A DNA stretch of 64,000 nt from Ignavibacteriota bacterium (GTDB lineage: Bacteria; Bacteroidota; Ignavibacteria; UBA10030; UBA6906): positions 2,848,001-2,912,000 of the forward strand of contig CAWDEM010000008.1 in the NCBI GenBank assembly GCA_963801355.1, in the 5' to 3' direction. This document shows positions 37,203 to 46,570 of the stretch, piece by piece. Every line of letters starts with the position of its first letter. Within the stretch, counting starts at the first letter, position 1. The notes below the pieces were generated by a model. It was not told where the DNA came from. It worked only from the letters and a program-made list of their open reading frames with translations, and ran no database searches. Position numbers and translations under genes: made by a program.

Positions 37203-37976
37203 ATGCTCAACGTCGCCATCGAAGCCGCCCGCGAGGCGGGACGTTTCCTCAGACTCAGCGTCGGGAAAGTCCGTAATGTGGAACAGAAGCAAGGGGAGGA
37301 GCGAAACCTAGTTTCAGAAATCGACCGGGGCGCGGAAGAACGGATCATCGGCATCATCAAGCGGCACTATCCCTCGCACGCAATCCTCGCGGAGGAGAGC
37401 GGCGGCAGCGAGGCGCCGGCGGACCACCGGTGGATCATCGATCCCCTGGATGGCACCACGAATTTCCTGCACGGCGTTCCCATCTTCTGCGTCAGCATCG
37501 GCGTGGAACAGCGGGGAGAAGTCGTGGCGGGCGTTGTGTATGACCCCTGCAGGGACGAGCTGTTCACAGCGGAAAAAGGGAAAGGGGCGTTCCTCAACGG
37601 CAAACGCCTGAAGGTCTCCGGCAATGCGCGGATGATCGAGAGCCTGCTGGTCACGGGCTTCCCGTATGACATCGCAGCAAATCCTGATGCCGCGGTGGAA
37701 CGGTTTGTAGGGTTCCTGATGGCGGCACAGGGTGTGCGGCGGCTCGGCTCGGCAGCCCTGGACCTCTGTTATGTTGCAGCCGGGAGATTCGATGGATACT
37801 GGGAGGTATCTCTCAACCCGTGGGACATGGCGGCGGGAGCGTTGTTCGTGCGGGAGGCGGGCGGGATGACAACCGATATGACCGGCGCACCCCTGAACAT
37901 CTACCGGAAACGTGTGGTCGCCAGCAACGGGCTCATCCACGGGGCGATGCTGGAGGTTCTCCGCACAGGGCGGTAG
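37203..37976 (+). CDS. suhB: Inositol monophosphatase family protein
   Basis: WIIDPLDGTTNF, RRLGSAALDL, PWDMAAG. Confidence 0.92.
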   Translation: MLNVAIEAAREAGRFLRLSVGKVRNVEQKQGEERNLVSEIDRGAEERIIGIIKRHYPSHAILAEESGGSEAPADHRWIIDPLDGTTNFLHGVPIFCVSIGVEQRGEVVAGVVYDPCRDELFTAEKGKGAFLNGKRLKVSGNARMIESLLVTGFPYDIAANPDAAVERFVGFLMAAQGVRRLGSAALDLCYVAAGRFDGYWEVSLNPWDMAAGALFVREAGGMTTDMTGAPLNIYRKRVVASNGLIHGAMLEVLRTGR

Positions 37977-39320
37977 TCAGTGGAGCTGCGGTGTTGACCA
38001 GGGGGTGACACCCTGGTTGTCAACGATGGACCGGATACGGGGCCGCAGCTGTACGGGTGCGTCGCCGATCGTGATGCAGGACGCCAGCTCATCGCGGACA
38101 CGCTCCACCACTTCACTGCGGTCCGAAAAGATTTCTGCGATTGTGCCGCCCCTGTCAACCCGGTCGCCAGTCTTCTTCTTCAACACGATGCCGGCTGTGG
38201 CATCGATGATGTCGTCGGCTTTCTGCCGGCCGGCACCAAGTTCCGTCGCGAGCACGCCGATCCGCCGTGTCGCAAAACTCTGCACATAGCCCTCCTCCTG
38301 ACTCGTGAGTTCGGCGGCGTACCGGGGCTTGGGGTACCGCTCCGGCTGCTCCAAGTAGGTGATGTCCCCACCCTGCCGGCGAACAATCTCCAGAAACTTC
38401 TGATATGCCCGTCCGGACCAGAGTGCGGACCGGCATTGCTCCATCCCTTCCTGCACCGATGCCGCCTTCCCGCCGAGCCAGACCATGGCGCCGCCCAGAA
38501 CGTAGGTCACCTCCATGAGGTCGGCGACATTCTTGCCGCGAAGGCATTCGACACATTCCATCACCTCCACCCAGTTGCCGATCGCCGTTCCAAGCGGTTG
38601 GTCCATTTCGGTCAGGAATGCCACCACGCGTTTCCCCGCACGCGTCCCGATGGCCACGAGGGCTTTCGCCAGAGACTCGGCATCCTCGTAATTCCTCATG
38701 AAGGCACCGTCACCGGTTTTCACGTCCAGCACAAGCGCATCGATGCCTTCCGCCAGCTTCTTGCTCATAATGCTTCCGGCAATGAGCGGGACAGATTCAA
38801 TGGTCCCGGTGACGTCGCGAAGGGCATACATCTTCCGGTCCGCCGGGGCAATTTCCGCCGTCTGACCGATGAGGACGAGGCCGGTTTCGGCGATGACCCT
38901 GCGGAATTCATCGACAGAAAGGTCGGTGCGAAACCCGGGGATCGACTCAAGCTTGTCCAGTGTACCCCCTGTGTGCCCGAGACCCCGTCCGGAGATCATC
39001 GGCACGGGGACTCCGCACGCCGCCACCATGGGGGCAAGAATGAGTGACACTTTGTCGCCCACGCCGCCGGTGGAGTGTTTGTCCACTTTGATGCCGGGGA
39101 CATCGGAGAGATCCACGACAACGCCCGAGTGGAGCATGACGTCGGTGAGCGCCGAGGTTTCCTCCCCGGTCATGCCGCGGAAGTACACAGCCATGAGGAA
39201 CGCGGACATTTGATAGTCGGGTATTCTCCCTGCGACGTATCCGTCAAGCAGCCAGAGAATTTCCTCGCGTGTCAGTGCGCCGCCACCGCGTTTCTTGTGT
39301 ATGAGTTCAACGGGATTCAT
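37977..39320 (-). CDS. pdp: Pyrimidine-nucleoside/thymidine phosphorylase
   Basis: DKHSTGGVGDK, SGRGLGHTGGTLDKLESIPG, SIMSKK. Confidence 0.93.
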   Translation of the reverse strand: MNPVELIHKKRGGGALTREEILWLLDGYVAGRIPDYQMSAFLMAVYFRGMTGEETSALTDVMLHSGVVVDLSDVPGIKVDKHSTGGVGDKVSLILAPMVAACGVPVPMISGRGLGHTGGTLDKLESIPGFRTDLSVDEFRRVIAETGLVLIGQTAEIAPADRKMYALRDVTGTIESVPLIAGSIMSKKLAEGIDALVLDVKTGDGAFMRNYEDAESLAKALVAIGTRAGKRVVAFLTEMDQPLGTAIGNWVEVMECVECLRGKNVADLMEVTYVLGGAMVWLGGKAASVQEGMEQCRSALWSGRAYQKFLEIVRRQGGDITYLEQPERYPKPRYAAELTSQEEGYVQSFATRRIGVLATELGAGRQKADDIIDATAGIVLKKKTGDRVDRGGTIAEIFSDRSEVVERVRDELASCITIGDAPVQLRPRIRSIVDNQGVTPWSTPQLH

Positions 39321-39892
39321 TGTTCTCGGTCACTCTCCCCGACATGTTCCCTCCGGGCCACGAGAAGCAATCCGATGATCGTTTTGGCATCGGTAATCTC
39401 GCCGCGGTCAATCATCCCCAGGGCGTCCTGAAGACGCACGGTGCGCAGCGACATGGTGAATTCCCCCTCTTCCCTCTTGTGACCTCCAGGCGACAGCCGG
39501 AGGTTCCCTCCGCGGAAGATGTGGAGGACTTCATCGCAAAACCCCGGCGATGTATGGAATGCACAGAGCTTTGTCAGCGATCCCGCGATCCAGCCGGTCT
39601 CCTCCTCCAGTTCGCGTGCTGCACAGTGCACGGGGTCCTCACCGGGTGCGAGCTTCCCTGCCGGCAGTTCCAGTATGTGCCGCTCAATCGGATAGCGGAG
39701 TTGGTCCACCAGGATCACCCGGCCGTCATCGGTGAGCGGCACGACCGCCGCACCTCCCGGGTGGTGTGCTACTTCGCGGACGGTCTTCGTCCCGGAGGGA
39801 TATTCGACCTCGTCCACGTAGAGGTCGATGATGCGTCCGGTGTAGAGGCGGGTGCGGGAGAGCTGCTTCAGTTCCACCGGCGCGTCAGGCAT
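39317..39892 (-). CDS. NUDIX hydrolase (ADP-ribose pyrophosphatase-like)
   Basis: ELPAGK...CAARELEEETG Nudix box; SPGF; DAKT. Confidence 0.9.
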   Translation of the reverse strand: MPDAPVELKQLSRTRLYTGRIIDLYVDEVEYPSGTKTVREVAHHPGGAAVVPLTDDGRVILVDQLRYPIERHILELPAGKLAPGEDPVHCAARELEEETGWIAGSLTKLCAFHTSPGFCDEVLHIFRGGNLRLSPGGHKREEGEFTMSLRTVRLQDALGMIDRGEITDAKTIIGLLLVARREHVGESDREQ

Positions 39893-40469
39893 TGCCCCTG
39901 CTCCCGGGTTTCACTGCGGGGATACCCTGAGCACAGAGCGGACAGGCATCGGGTCTGTACGTAACGGCATGCAGGCGGAGCACGGGAACGAGCGGCTCGG
40001 GCGCCTGGTCGAACCGCACCGTCCCACCGCTCCGGTCGACGATGCACGCCACCCCGGTGAGTGCGCCGCCCCGCTCCAAGACAAGCTTGACCACTTCCTG
40101 TACCGAGCCGCCGGTGGTCACGACGTCTTCGCACACAAGCACGCGCTCGCCGGCGGCGATCTCGAACCCCCGGCGGATCTGCATGATGCCTTCTTTCCGC
40201 TCGGCGAAAATCGTGCGAACGTCAAGCTGACGCCCCACTTCCTGAGCCACCACGATGCCTCCCATGGCGGGCGCCACGACGACATCGATGCGGTGAGCAC
40301 GGAAGTGCTCTGCAATCACCCGGCAGAGTGTTTCACAGTGGCGCGGATGCTGCAGGACCCTGGCACACTGGAAATACTGATTACTGTGGAGCCCGGAGGT
40401 CAACAGAAAGTGCCCTTCCAGGAGTGCACCGGTCTCTTTGAATATGCCCAACACCTGGTCCTGATTCAT
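39885..40469 (-). CDS. pyrE: Orotate phosphoribosyltransferase
   Basis: GHFLLTSGLHS, VLVCEDVVTTGGS, KPGSR; start MNQDQ. Confidence 0.93.
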   Translation of the reverse strand: MNQDQVLGIFKETGALLEGHFLLTSGLHSNQYFQCARVLQHPRHCETLCRVIAEHFRAHRIDVVVAPAMGGIVVAQEVGRQLDVRTIFAERKEGIMQIRRGFEIAAGERVLVCEDVVTTGGSVQEVVKLVLERGGALTGVACIVDRSGGTVRFDQAPEPLVPVLRLHAVTYRPDACPLCAQGIPAVKPGSRGNA

Positions 40470-40511
40470 GGGGATCTGCGTGCAGTGAAGTGGGAGTGGT
40501 GTCCGGAGCAT

Positions 40512-41162
40512 TTACAGGGAGAATCGTACTCCGGCGTGAGTAGTGATGAGCAGGCCTGTATCGGGATCATTGAACACATACATCGCGCCGCCCTGCACTT
40601 GCAGGGCAATGGTCCGGCTGACATAGTAATCAAGCCCGGCAGAAACCGAACCTGCGAGATGAAACATCGCGGGAATTTCATAATACGTCCGGCGTACGCC
40701 GTTGAGGATCGCCTTATATTCGGCTCCCGTCATGCGAAGAACGCCGACCTCTGCTCCGAAAAAGGGAGACATCCGGAGGCCGGGGCGCACGTAGTTCCTG
40801 ACAGCGAGAAACAGATAGACGCCGGTGAGATGGGTAACCTGCGGAATCACGTCTGGAAATTTTTCTGCAAAGGCCCCGCGGCGAAAGCTGAACAGCGCCA
40901 CCTCGCTGCCGACACCGAACCGTACAAGATCATTGGCTCTAAAAAGAAATTCCACGCCGCCCGACGGACCGCGCATCCAGAACTCTTTGAGCCCGGCATG
41001 GGACAGCGGCACGGTCATGCCCCCGGTGATCTCGAGCGTCCTGTCACGCGGAGAATACACGATCCGGGGAATCTCTTCCTGGTCGTCACGAGAGAGCTGT
41101 GCAATACCGCACAACGGCAGACCCAGCATGACGATCAGCAGGATCGATTTGAGCGGGATCAC
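40512..41162 (-). CDS. Outer-membrane 8-stranded beta-barrel-like protein
   Basis: Signal peptide, alternating strands (SPFFGAEVG, AGLDYYV), C-terminal AGVRFSL; GTG start overlaps the upstream TGA. Confidence 0.7.
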   Translation of the reverse strand: MIPLKSILLIVMLGLPLCGIAQLSRDDQEEIPRIVYSPRDRTLEITGGMTVPLSHAGLKEFWMRGPSGGVEFLFRANDLVRFGVGSEVALFSFRRGAFAEKFPDVIPQVTHLTGVYLFLAVRNYVRPGLRMSPFFGAEVGVLRMTGAEYKAILNGVRRTYYEIPAMFHLAGSVSAGLDYYVSRTIALQVQGGAMYVFNDPDTGLLITTHAGVRFSL

Positions 41163-41629
41163 CAGCCTCTGGCTCTCCGCAGTCCCATGATGTGTTCGCA
41201 ATGTTTCTCCCCATGGCGCGCGTAGGTTTCGAGAGTCCCCTGCATCGTTACTTCCCCCCGTTCCGGATGCAGTGCTGTGCGGGACCAGGCGCTTTCCGGC
41301 AACCGTTCAAGGAAATCCGCCCAGCGGCGGTGCAATCCGTCGAGCAGGTCAAGGGATGGTGCAACTGCACCATGTGCCGCGTCATCGTTTGCCGCCCAGA
41401 CATTCTGATCGTATGGTGTGATGGTGGGGCGTTCCTGGTTCACCATCCATTTCATGCGCAGGTAGGCATGCAGATGAGAGTCAGCCAGATGATGGACCAC
41501 CTGACGCACCGTCCATCCCCCCTCGCGGTACGGTGTATCGAGCTGGGCGTCGCTGAGCCCTGCGATAGTCGCCCGCAGTTTCGCGGGCAGTTCCCTGAGC
41601 GTACGGAGTTGCATTACACGATCAGCCAT
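41159..41629 (-). CDS. YfiT/DinB family thiol S-transferase-like protein
   Basis: LDTPYREGGWTVRQVVHHLADSH, PYDQ..W, HGEKH. Confidence 0.88.
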   Translation of the reverse strand: MADRVMQLRTLRELPAKLRATIAGLSDAQLDTPYREGGWTVRQVVHHLADSHLHAYLRMKWMVNQERPTITPYDQNVWAANDDAAHGAVAPSLDLLDGLHRRWADFLERLPESAWSRTALHPERGEVTMQGTLETYARHGEKHCEHIMGLRRARGW

Positions 41630-41702
41630 GAAGGGCTCCCTGCAATGTGACACTCTGTAAGGAATGAACTTCCTGTCTCTCCCGCAACACGTCCGCTGTC
41701 CG

Positions 41703-42518
41703 TCAGGTGCCACCGACCGGTGCGCGGCGCACCAGCCCCATGCGCTGGCCGAGAAACCGTTCCCCCACCTCCGTGAATTTTGCCGGGATATCACTCACAA
41801 AGAACCGCAGATTGGGCTTCTGGACACTCGGATTGCGGAGGTCATGCGCATCAAGCACCTGACCCACTTCTGCGGCCGTCGCCCCGCCCGAATCGATCAA
41901 GGTCACACCGGTTCCCGTTGCGGCGGCAATCGCCCGGCGTAACACGGGATAGTGCGTACAGCCGAGGATCAGTGTGTCAATCTTTTCCAGCATGAGGGGG
42001 AAGAGATATTCCCGCGCGACGAGATCCGTGACCTGGTGATCGCTCCATCCCTCTTCGGCCAGGGAGACAAAAAGCGGACAGGCCTGGGAAAACACCTGGA
42101 CGTCGGGGGCGATCTGCCGCAGGGTGTGGGCGTAGGCTTTGCTGTTCACCGTGGCGCGGGTACCGATGATGCCTATGCGTTTCTTGCGTGTCGCTGCCAC
42201 CGCGGCGGCGGCACCCGGCACAATCACGCCGACGACCGGCATCCGTGCACGCTTCTGCACGACATCCAGAGCCACGGCCGACACGGTATTGCATGCGACG
42301 ACGACGATCTTGACGTCATTCCCCAGGAGGAAGTCGACGTCCTGGGCGGCATATTCCCTCACCACCTCGGGCGATTTGGATCCGTACGGCACGCGTGCGG
42401 TGTCGCCGAAGTAGACGATGTTCTCATGGGGGAAGGCCTGCGTCAGCGCACGGACAACCGTCAAGCCGCCGATGCCGCTGTCAAAGACGCCGATGGGTTT
42501 TTGCCGTGGAGCGCTCAT
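41703..42518 (-). CDS. murI: Glutamate racemase
   Basis: FDSGIGGLTV, VPYG, VACNT, LGCTHYP. Confidence 0.96.
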   Translation of the reverse strand: MSAPRQKPIGVFDSGIGGLTVVRALTQAFPHENIVYFGDTARVPYGSKSPEVVREYAAQDVDFLLGNDVKIVVVACNTVSAVALDVVQKRARMPVVGVIVPGAAAAVAATRKKRIGIIGTRATVNSKAYAHTLRQIAPDVQVFSQACPLFVSLAEEGWSDHQVTDLVAREYLFPLMLEKIDTLILGCTHYPVLRRAIAAATGTGVTLIDSGGATAAEVGQVLDAHDLRNPSVQKPNLRFFVSDIPAKFTEVGERFLGQRMGLVRRAPVGGT

Positions 42519-45162
42519 CAGGTGTCAACTCCGTTTTTTCACTGATCGCTTCGAGAATACTCTTGCGGACCGCCGCCTGCTGCTCATGGTCGCGCACGGG
42601 GGCACCCTGGCGGTCCTGCACATAAAACGAGTCTACGATGCCATCGACACGGGTGGCGATTTTGGCGAAACAAATGTTCAGACCGAGACGGGAAATAGTC
42701 TCCGTGACCCGGTAGAGGAATCCCACCGAATCCGGCGCATAGACGTCGATGATTGTATAGTCCGCGGTGTCTTCGAACGTGACGTCGGTGCGGATGAAGG
42801 GATTGGCGGGCGAGTGCCCCCGGCGGCGGCGCCATTTCCGGTGATGCGCACTGAAGAGCTGAGCAGGCTCGATCCGGCCCGTGACCAGGGCACGCAAATC
42901 CTCCGCCACTTTGAGGCACACCTGCTCGTCGAGTTGCCGGTGTCCGGTCTTGGCGGTAACGCGGAAGCGGTCGATCACAATCCCATCACTGCGCGTGAAG
43001 ATGGAAGCATCAAATATGTTGGCGTCGTTCGCGGCCAGCACCGCACAGAACCTGGAGAGGGCGAACGGGGCGTCATGACCGATCACGGTCACGTCGGTGT
43101 ATGCATCGTGGTGCCGGAAGAGCACCGAGACGTCTTCGAGTTCCCCGATGGTCCGGATGTGGTCTGCGATTTCCTCGGGCGGGAACACCGCCGGATAGGC
43201 GCCGCTGGAGATGCCCTCAAGATGAGACGAGGTGACCTCTCCCGGGAGCGCGCCGGCGAGGGCGGCGCTGACACCGGCGGCGGCGTCTGCGCGCTGGTCC
43301 GCCTGGAACCGGTTGATTTCCTCCCCGTGAAGATGCCGGCGGAGGATTTCCGCCGTCTGGCGGTACAGCTCGTAGAGGAGCGCGGCCTTCCATTCAGTCC
43401 AGACCCCCGGGTTGACGGCGGAGAGGTCGGCATAGGTGAGAACGTAGAGGTAATCGAGAAGGGCCGGCCTGGTGAACCGCGTGGCGAAATCGCGCAGCGT
43501 TGCGGGGTCATGGATGTTCCGGCGGAATGCCGTTTGCTCCATGATCAGATGATGGCGCACCAGAAAGCCAACATCATCGGCGAGCCCGGCCGCGCCGAGT
43601 CGCGTGAGAACCTTTCGCGCAATTTCCACCCCTGTCACCTCATGATCGGCGACACCCAGAGGCTTGGCGATGTCGTGCAGCAGCAGTGCAAAGTAAAACA
43701 CTTCCTTGTCCGGCAACTGCCGGAACACATCGCCGAGGGGTCCCGGAGCATCGTTCAACCGCTCGGCGCTGGCGATCGCAATGAGGGTGTGTTCGTCGGC
43801 GGTATAATAGTGGTACATGTTGTGTTGGAAAAAAGCGACCAGCGCATCGTATTCCGGAAGGTACCGGCCCAGCAGTCCGGTCTCGGCCATGAGACGCAGT
43901 GTCGCACCCACACGCGGCGAGCGCAGGATATGCCGGAAGGACTCGGCGAGCGCGGGCGATTCGATGTCTCCGGGATGTATGCATTCAAGACTCCGTTCTA
44001 TCGTCGCGCGCGCATCGAAACCAAACTCCGCTTTTTCCTCCGCCGCCCGGCGGAGGAGTGCAAAGAGCTTCCCGGCGGAGGTGTATGCCTTGAAACTCGG
44101 GGGCACAATAACATTCCCGACGTGCAGAAACGGCTCGTCCTGAGTCACGGTGAGAGGAGGAGCGGAGGGTGCATGCGGCTCGAGATTCTGCCGGAACCGG
44201 TGCGCAAGCGACCGGTGCAGCCTGTGCACCGTGCGTGCATGCTGATAGTAGTCGGTCATGAATACCTCAACCGACCGTTTCCCCGCCTGATCACCGTAAC
44301 CAAGCCCGGCCGCCACGTCGCGCTGCAGGGTATATTCCAGGGTATCATCCGCCATGCCGCGGAGGAAATGCATTTCGTGCCTGACGCGGAGGAGGAACGA
44401 AAACGCCTCCAGAAGGCGTTGGGCGTCCTCCTGCCCGAGAACACCCCGCGTTTCCAGGATGTGGATCAATTCTTCGGTGGCGGGCACCCCGGAATCAGAA
44501 AGGAAAGGGATCCCGTCCTGAACACCCCGGTAGAGCCAGACCAGCGCATGCAGGTCGCGAAGCCCCCCGGCGCTCTTCTTGATGTTGGGTTCAAGCAGCT
44601 TGACGGAATTGCCGAATCGCTCATGTCTGCTCCGCACATCCTCATACACCCCGCCGATCAGCCAGGGATCGGGCGTTGTGCCGGATACCGAGGCAAGAGC
44701 GTCGGCAAGAACCCGTGCCGTGGCCGGATTCCCGCATACCAGACGCGATTCCAGCGCGGATGTCCAGGCGTCGAGTGTTTTCCCCTGGAGCGCCAGGACC
44801 TCGTCCACGGTCCGCACGCTGTGGCCGACTGTCAGACCTGCGTCCCAGAGCAAGTGGAGAAAACCGGTCGCCGCGCCCTGCTTCTGCTCGCGGGACATCG
44901 ACGTGCCGCACAGGACCATGACATCGACGTCAGAATGGGGGCAGAGCTCATTCCGGCCGTACCCTCCGGTTGCGAGGATGGCACACTGTTCCTGGAGGTC
45001 GGAGGGAACGCCCCGCACAAACGCGGTCGTGAGAGCCTTATCGGTAAGAAGCGTGAGAGAGCGCGCGGTGACCCGGCCATCAGCCCCGTTATGATGTTGC
45101 CTGGCAATTTCCTGCCTTCCCGTGCCCAAAAACTGCCGGATGCCGGCTGCGGATTCATTCAT
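42481..45162 (-). CDS. glnD: [Protein-PII] uridylyltransferase/uridylyl-removing enzyme
   Basis: GGYGR..LCPHSDVD, EPNIK...GGLRD, YHYYTADEHT, LLHDIAK (HD), two ACT domains. Confidence 0.93.
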   Translation of the reverse strand: MNESAAGIRQFLGTGRQEIARQHHNGADGRVTARSLTLLTDKALTTAFVRGVPSDLQEQCAILATGGYGRNELCPHSDVDVMVLCGTSMSREQKQGAATGFLHLLWDAGLTVGHSVRTVDEVLALQGKTLDAWTSALESRLVCGNPATARVLADALASVSGTTPDPWLIGGVYEDVRSRHERFGNSVKLLEPNIKKSAGGLRDLHALVWLYRGVQDGIPFLSDSGVPATEELIHILETRGVLGQEDAQRLLEAFSFLLRVRHEMHFLRGMADDTLEYTLQRDVAAGLGYGDQAGKRSVEVFMTDYYQHARTVHRLHRSLAHRFRQNLEPHAPSAPPLTVTQDEPFLHVGNVIVPPSFKAYTSAGKLFALLRRAAEEKAEFGFDARATIERSLECIHPGDIESPALAESFRHILRSPRVGATLRLMAETGLLGRYLPEYDALVAFFQHNMYHYYTADEHTLIAIASAERLNDAPGPLGDVFRQLPDKEVFYFALLLHDIAKPLGVADHEVTGVEIARKVLTRLGAAGLADDVGFLVRHHLIMEQTAFRRNIHDPATLRDFATRFTRPALLDYLYVLTYADLSAVNPGVWTEWKAALLYELYRQTAEILRRHLHGEEINRFQADQRADAAAGVSAALAGALPGEVTSSHLEGISSGAYPAVFPPEEIADHIRTIGELEDVSVLFRHHDAYTDVTVIGHDAPFALSRFCAVLAANDANIFDASIFTRSDGIVIDRFRVTAKTGHRQLDEQVCLKVAEDLRALVTGRIEPAQLFSAHHRKWRRRRGHSPANPFIRTDVTFEDTADYTIIDVYAPDSVGFLYRVTETISRLGLNICFAKIATRVDGIVDSFYVQDRQGAPVRDHEQQAAVRKSILEAISEKTELTPDERSTAKTHRRL

Positions 45163-45167
45163 GACTA

Positions 45168-45196
45168 AATATACCGAATGCGGGCGGGAGATTCAA
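45168..45196 (-). promoter_or_regulatory. Promoter TTGAAT-N17-TATATT 5 nt before the glnD ATG (leaderless candidate)
   Basis: -35 at 45196-45191, -10 at 45173-45168, ATG at 45162. Confidence 0.6.
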
Positions 45197-45280
45197 CGAA
45201 TCACCGGGGGGCAGATTCAACGTGGGCAGATTCATCGAGTCACCGGGCGGGAGAGCAGCGAATCACCGGGTGGGATCCCG
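45181..45280. repeat. 4-5 degenerate ~18-24-bp units (CGGGCGGGAGATTCAACGAATCAC) with GATTC/GAATC mini-hairpin
   Basis: Directly visible between the divergent glnD and small membrane protein genes. Confidence 0.75.
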
Positions 45281-45356
45281 GCGGCAGGGATTGCGCGTGG
45301 TCCCGGGAATCTCTATATTTGTTCCGGCAGTCATCCCATCACCAGTCGAGGACACC

Positions 45357-45626
45357 ATGGAACAGCAGCTCCCGCTTGGCCAGCCGCAAAACGCCGCACC
45401 GATGAGCACGAAAGATTGGGTCATTACTCTGCTCATCAGCTACATTCCGCTTGTCGGCCTCATCATGCTCATCGTCTGGGCCTTTGACAGCAGCACCCCC
45501 GCGAACAAGAAGAACTGGGCCAAGGCGTCGCTCATATGGATGTTGATCGGCATTGTCATCGCCGTCATCTTCTTTGCCGTATTCATGAGTGTCTTTATGG
45601 GTGCGATGTCGTCCTTCGAATCCTGA
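45357..45626 (+). CDS. Small two-TM membrane protein (89 aa)
   Basis: MSTKDWVITLL..IPLVGLIMLIVWAF...KKNWAKA; GAGG RBS; promoter TTGCGC-N17-TATATT at 45291-45319. Confidence 0.8.
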   Translation: MEQQLPLGQPQNAAPMSTKDWVITLLISYIPLVGLIMLIVWAFDSSTPANKKNWAKASLIWMLIGIVIAVIFFAVFMSVFMGAMSSFES

Positions 45627-45637
45627 GTTACCGAACC

Positions 45638-45672
45638 AGTGGGGTGGCCGTCACCGCCGCCCCACTTCGTTC
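45638..45672 (+). terminator. Probable terminator hairpin
   Basis: AGTGGGGTGGC/GCCGCCCCACT stem followed by a pyrimidine-rich run. Confidence 0.6.
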
Positions 45673-45718
45673 TCTCTCCACTTTCCTCCTCTATGTTCTC
45701 TCTCCACTTTCCTCCTCT
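45669..45718. repeat. 24-bp pyrimidine-rich direct repeat x2
   Basis: GTTCTCTCTCCACTTTCCTCCTCT at 45669 and 45695. Confidence 0.85.
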
Positions 45719-45753
45719 TTGCGTCCTTCCCCATATTTTTCTATGTTACGATC

Positions 45754-46203
45754 ATGGAGACTTCCTCCACAAAGGTCATCGCCCTGGTGCTCTGTCTGCG
45801 CGCATTCCCGGAAATCGCGTTGGGGCAGACGCGCGACGGAATCTTCGGACACCCGTGGGGTACTCCCCTCGCCGCCGTTGCTGAACCTCTCGCCCTGCGT
45901 ACTCCACGCTTCGAAGGAAACACCGCTCTCTACGCAACCGCCGTGCATGAGATCGGCGACGTCCGGATCGACGAGTGCCAGATCGAATTTGTCAACGGCA
46001 AACTCGCCGGTGTCATCGTGACGACACGAGGCGCAGACAACTCCGGCCGCCTGCTCGCACTTCTGCAACACTGGTACGGCGAAGGGCAGAGCCGTCATCC
46101 GGACGCACGAACATGGAGGACTGCGGAGACTCACGCCTCCTATGATCTCGATACCTTCGGTGATGCGTACGCATACTGGTATTCTCTGCAATTACAGAAG
46201 TGA
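45754..46203 (+). CDS. Hypothetical exported protein (149 aa)
   Basis: Signal-like N-terminus, DGIFGHPWG; stop 4 nt before hypA. Confidence 0.65.
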   Translation: METSSTKVIALVLCLRAFPEIALGQTRDGIFGHPWGTPLAAVAEPLALRTPRFEGNTALYATAVHEIGDVRIDECQIEFVNGKLAGVIVTTRGADNSGRLLALLQHWYGEGQSRHPDARTWRTAETHASYDLDTFGDAYAYWYSLQLQK

Positions 46204-46207
46204 ACAC

Positions 46208-46570
46208 TTGCACGAGCTCTCCATAGCCCAGAGTATTGTCGATATCGTCGGCCAGTACGTCCCGCCGGCAGAGCAGGAGCGCGTGCGTAAGGTCACGGTG
46301 CGCCTCGGCGCACTGGCCGGTGTCGTCCCTGACTCGCTCGCATTTTGTTTCACTGCGGTTATCCATCATACGCCCCTTGAGAATGCGGTGATGGAAATGG
46401 AGCATGTCCCATTCACGGTGGCCTGCCATTCCTGCAACCGCACGTCCGCGACGGAGCCGGGCATTGTCCTCTGCCCCCTGTGTGGATCGAGCGATACGGA
46501 CATCATCTCGGGAACCGAACTGCAGGTGGTCTCACTCGAAGTGGATGAATCAGCACCGGGTGCCCAATGA
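46208..46570 (+). CDS. hypA: Hydrogenase maturation nickel metallochaperone HypA
   Basis: TTG start giving MHELSIA; CHSC and CPLC zinc motifs. Confidence 0.93.
   Translation: MHELSIAQSIVDIVGQYVPPAEQERVRKVTVRLGALAGVVPDSLAFCFTAVIHHTPLENAVMEMEHVPFTVACHSCNRTSATEPGIVLCPLCGSSDTDIISGTELQVVSLEVDESAPGAQ

Noticed and set aside
42418-45168. 916-aa + strand ORF
   Set aside because: Antisense shadow of glnD with no recognisable motifs; expected from high-GC codon bias
45181-45280. CRISPR array (also considered for 18385-18519 and 61327-61554)
   Set aside because: Repeats are adjacent, degenerate or coding, with no unique spacers and no cas genes
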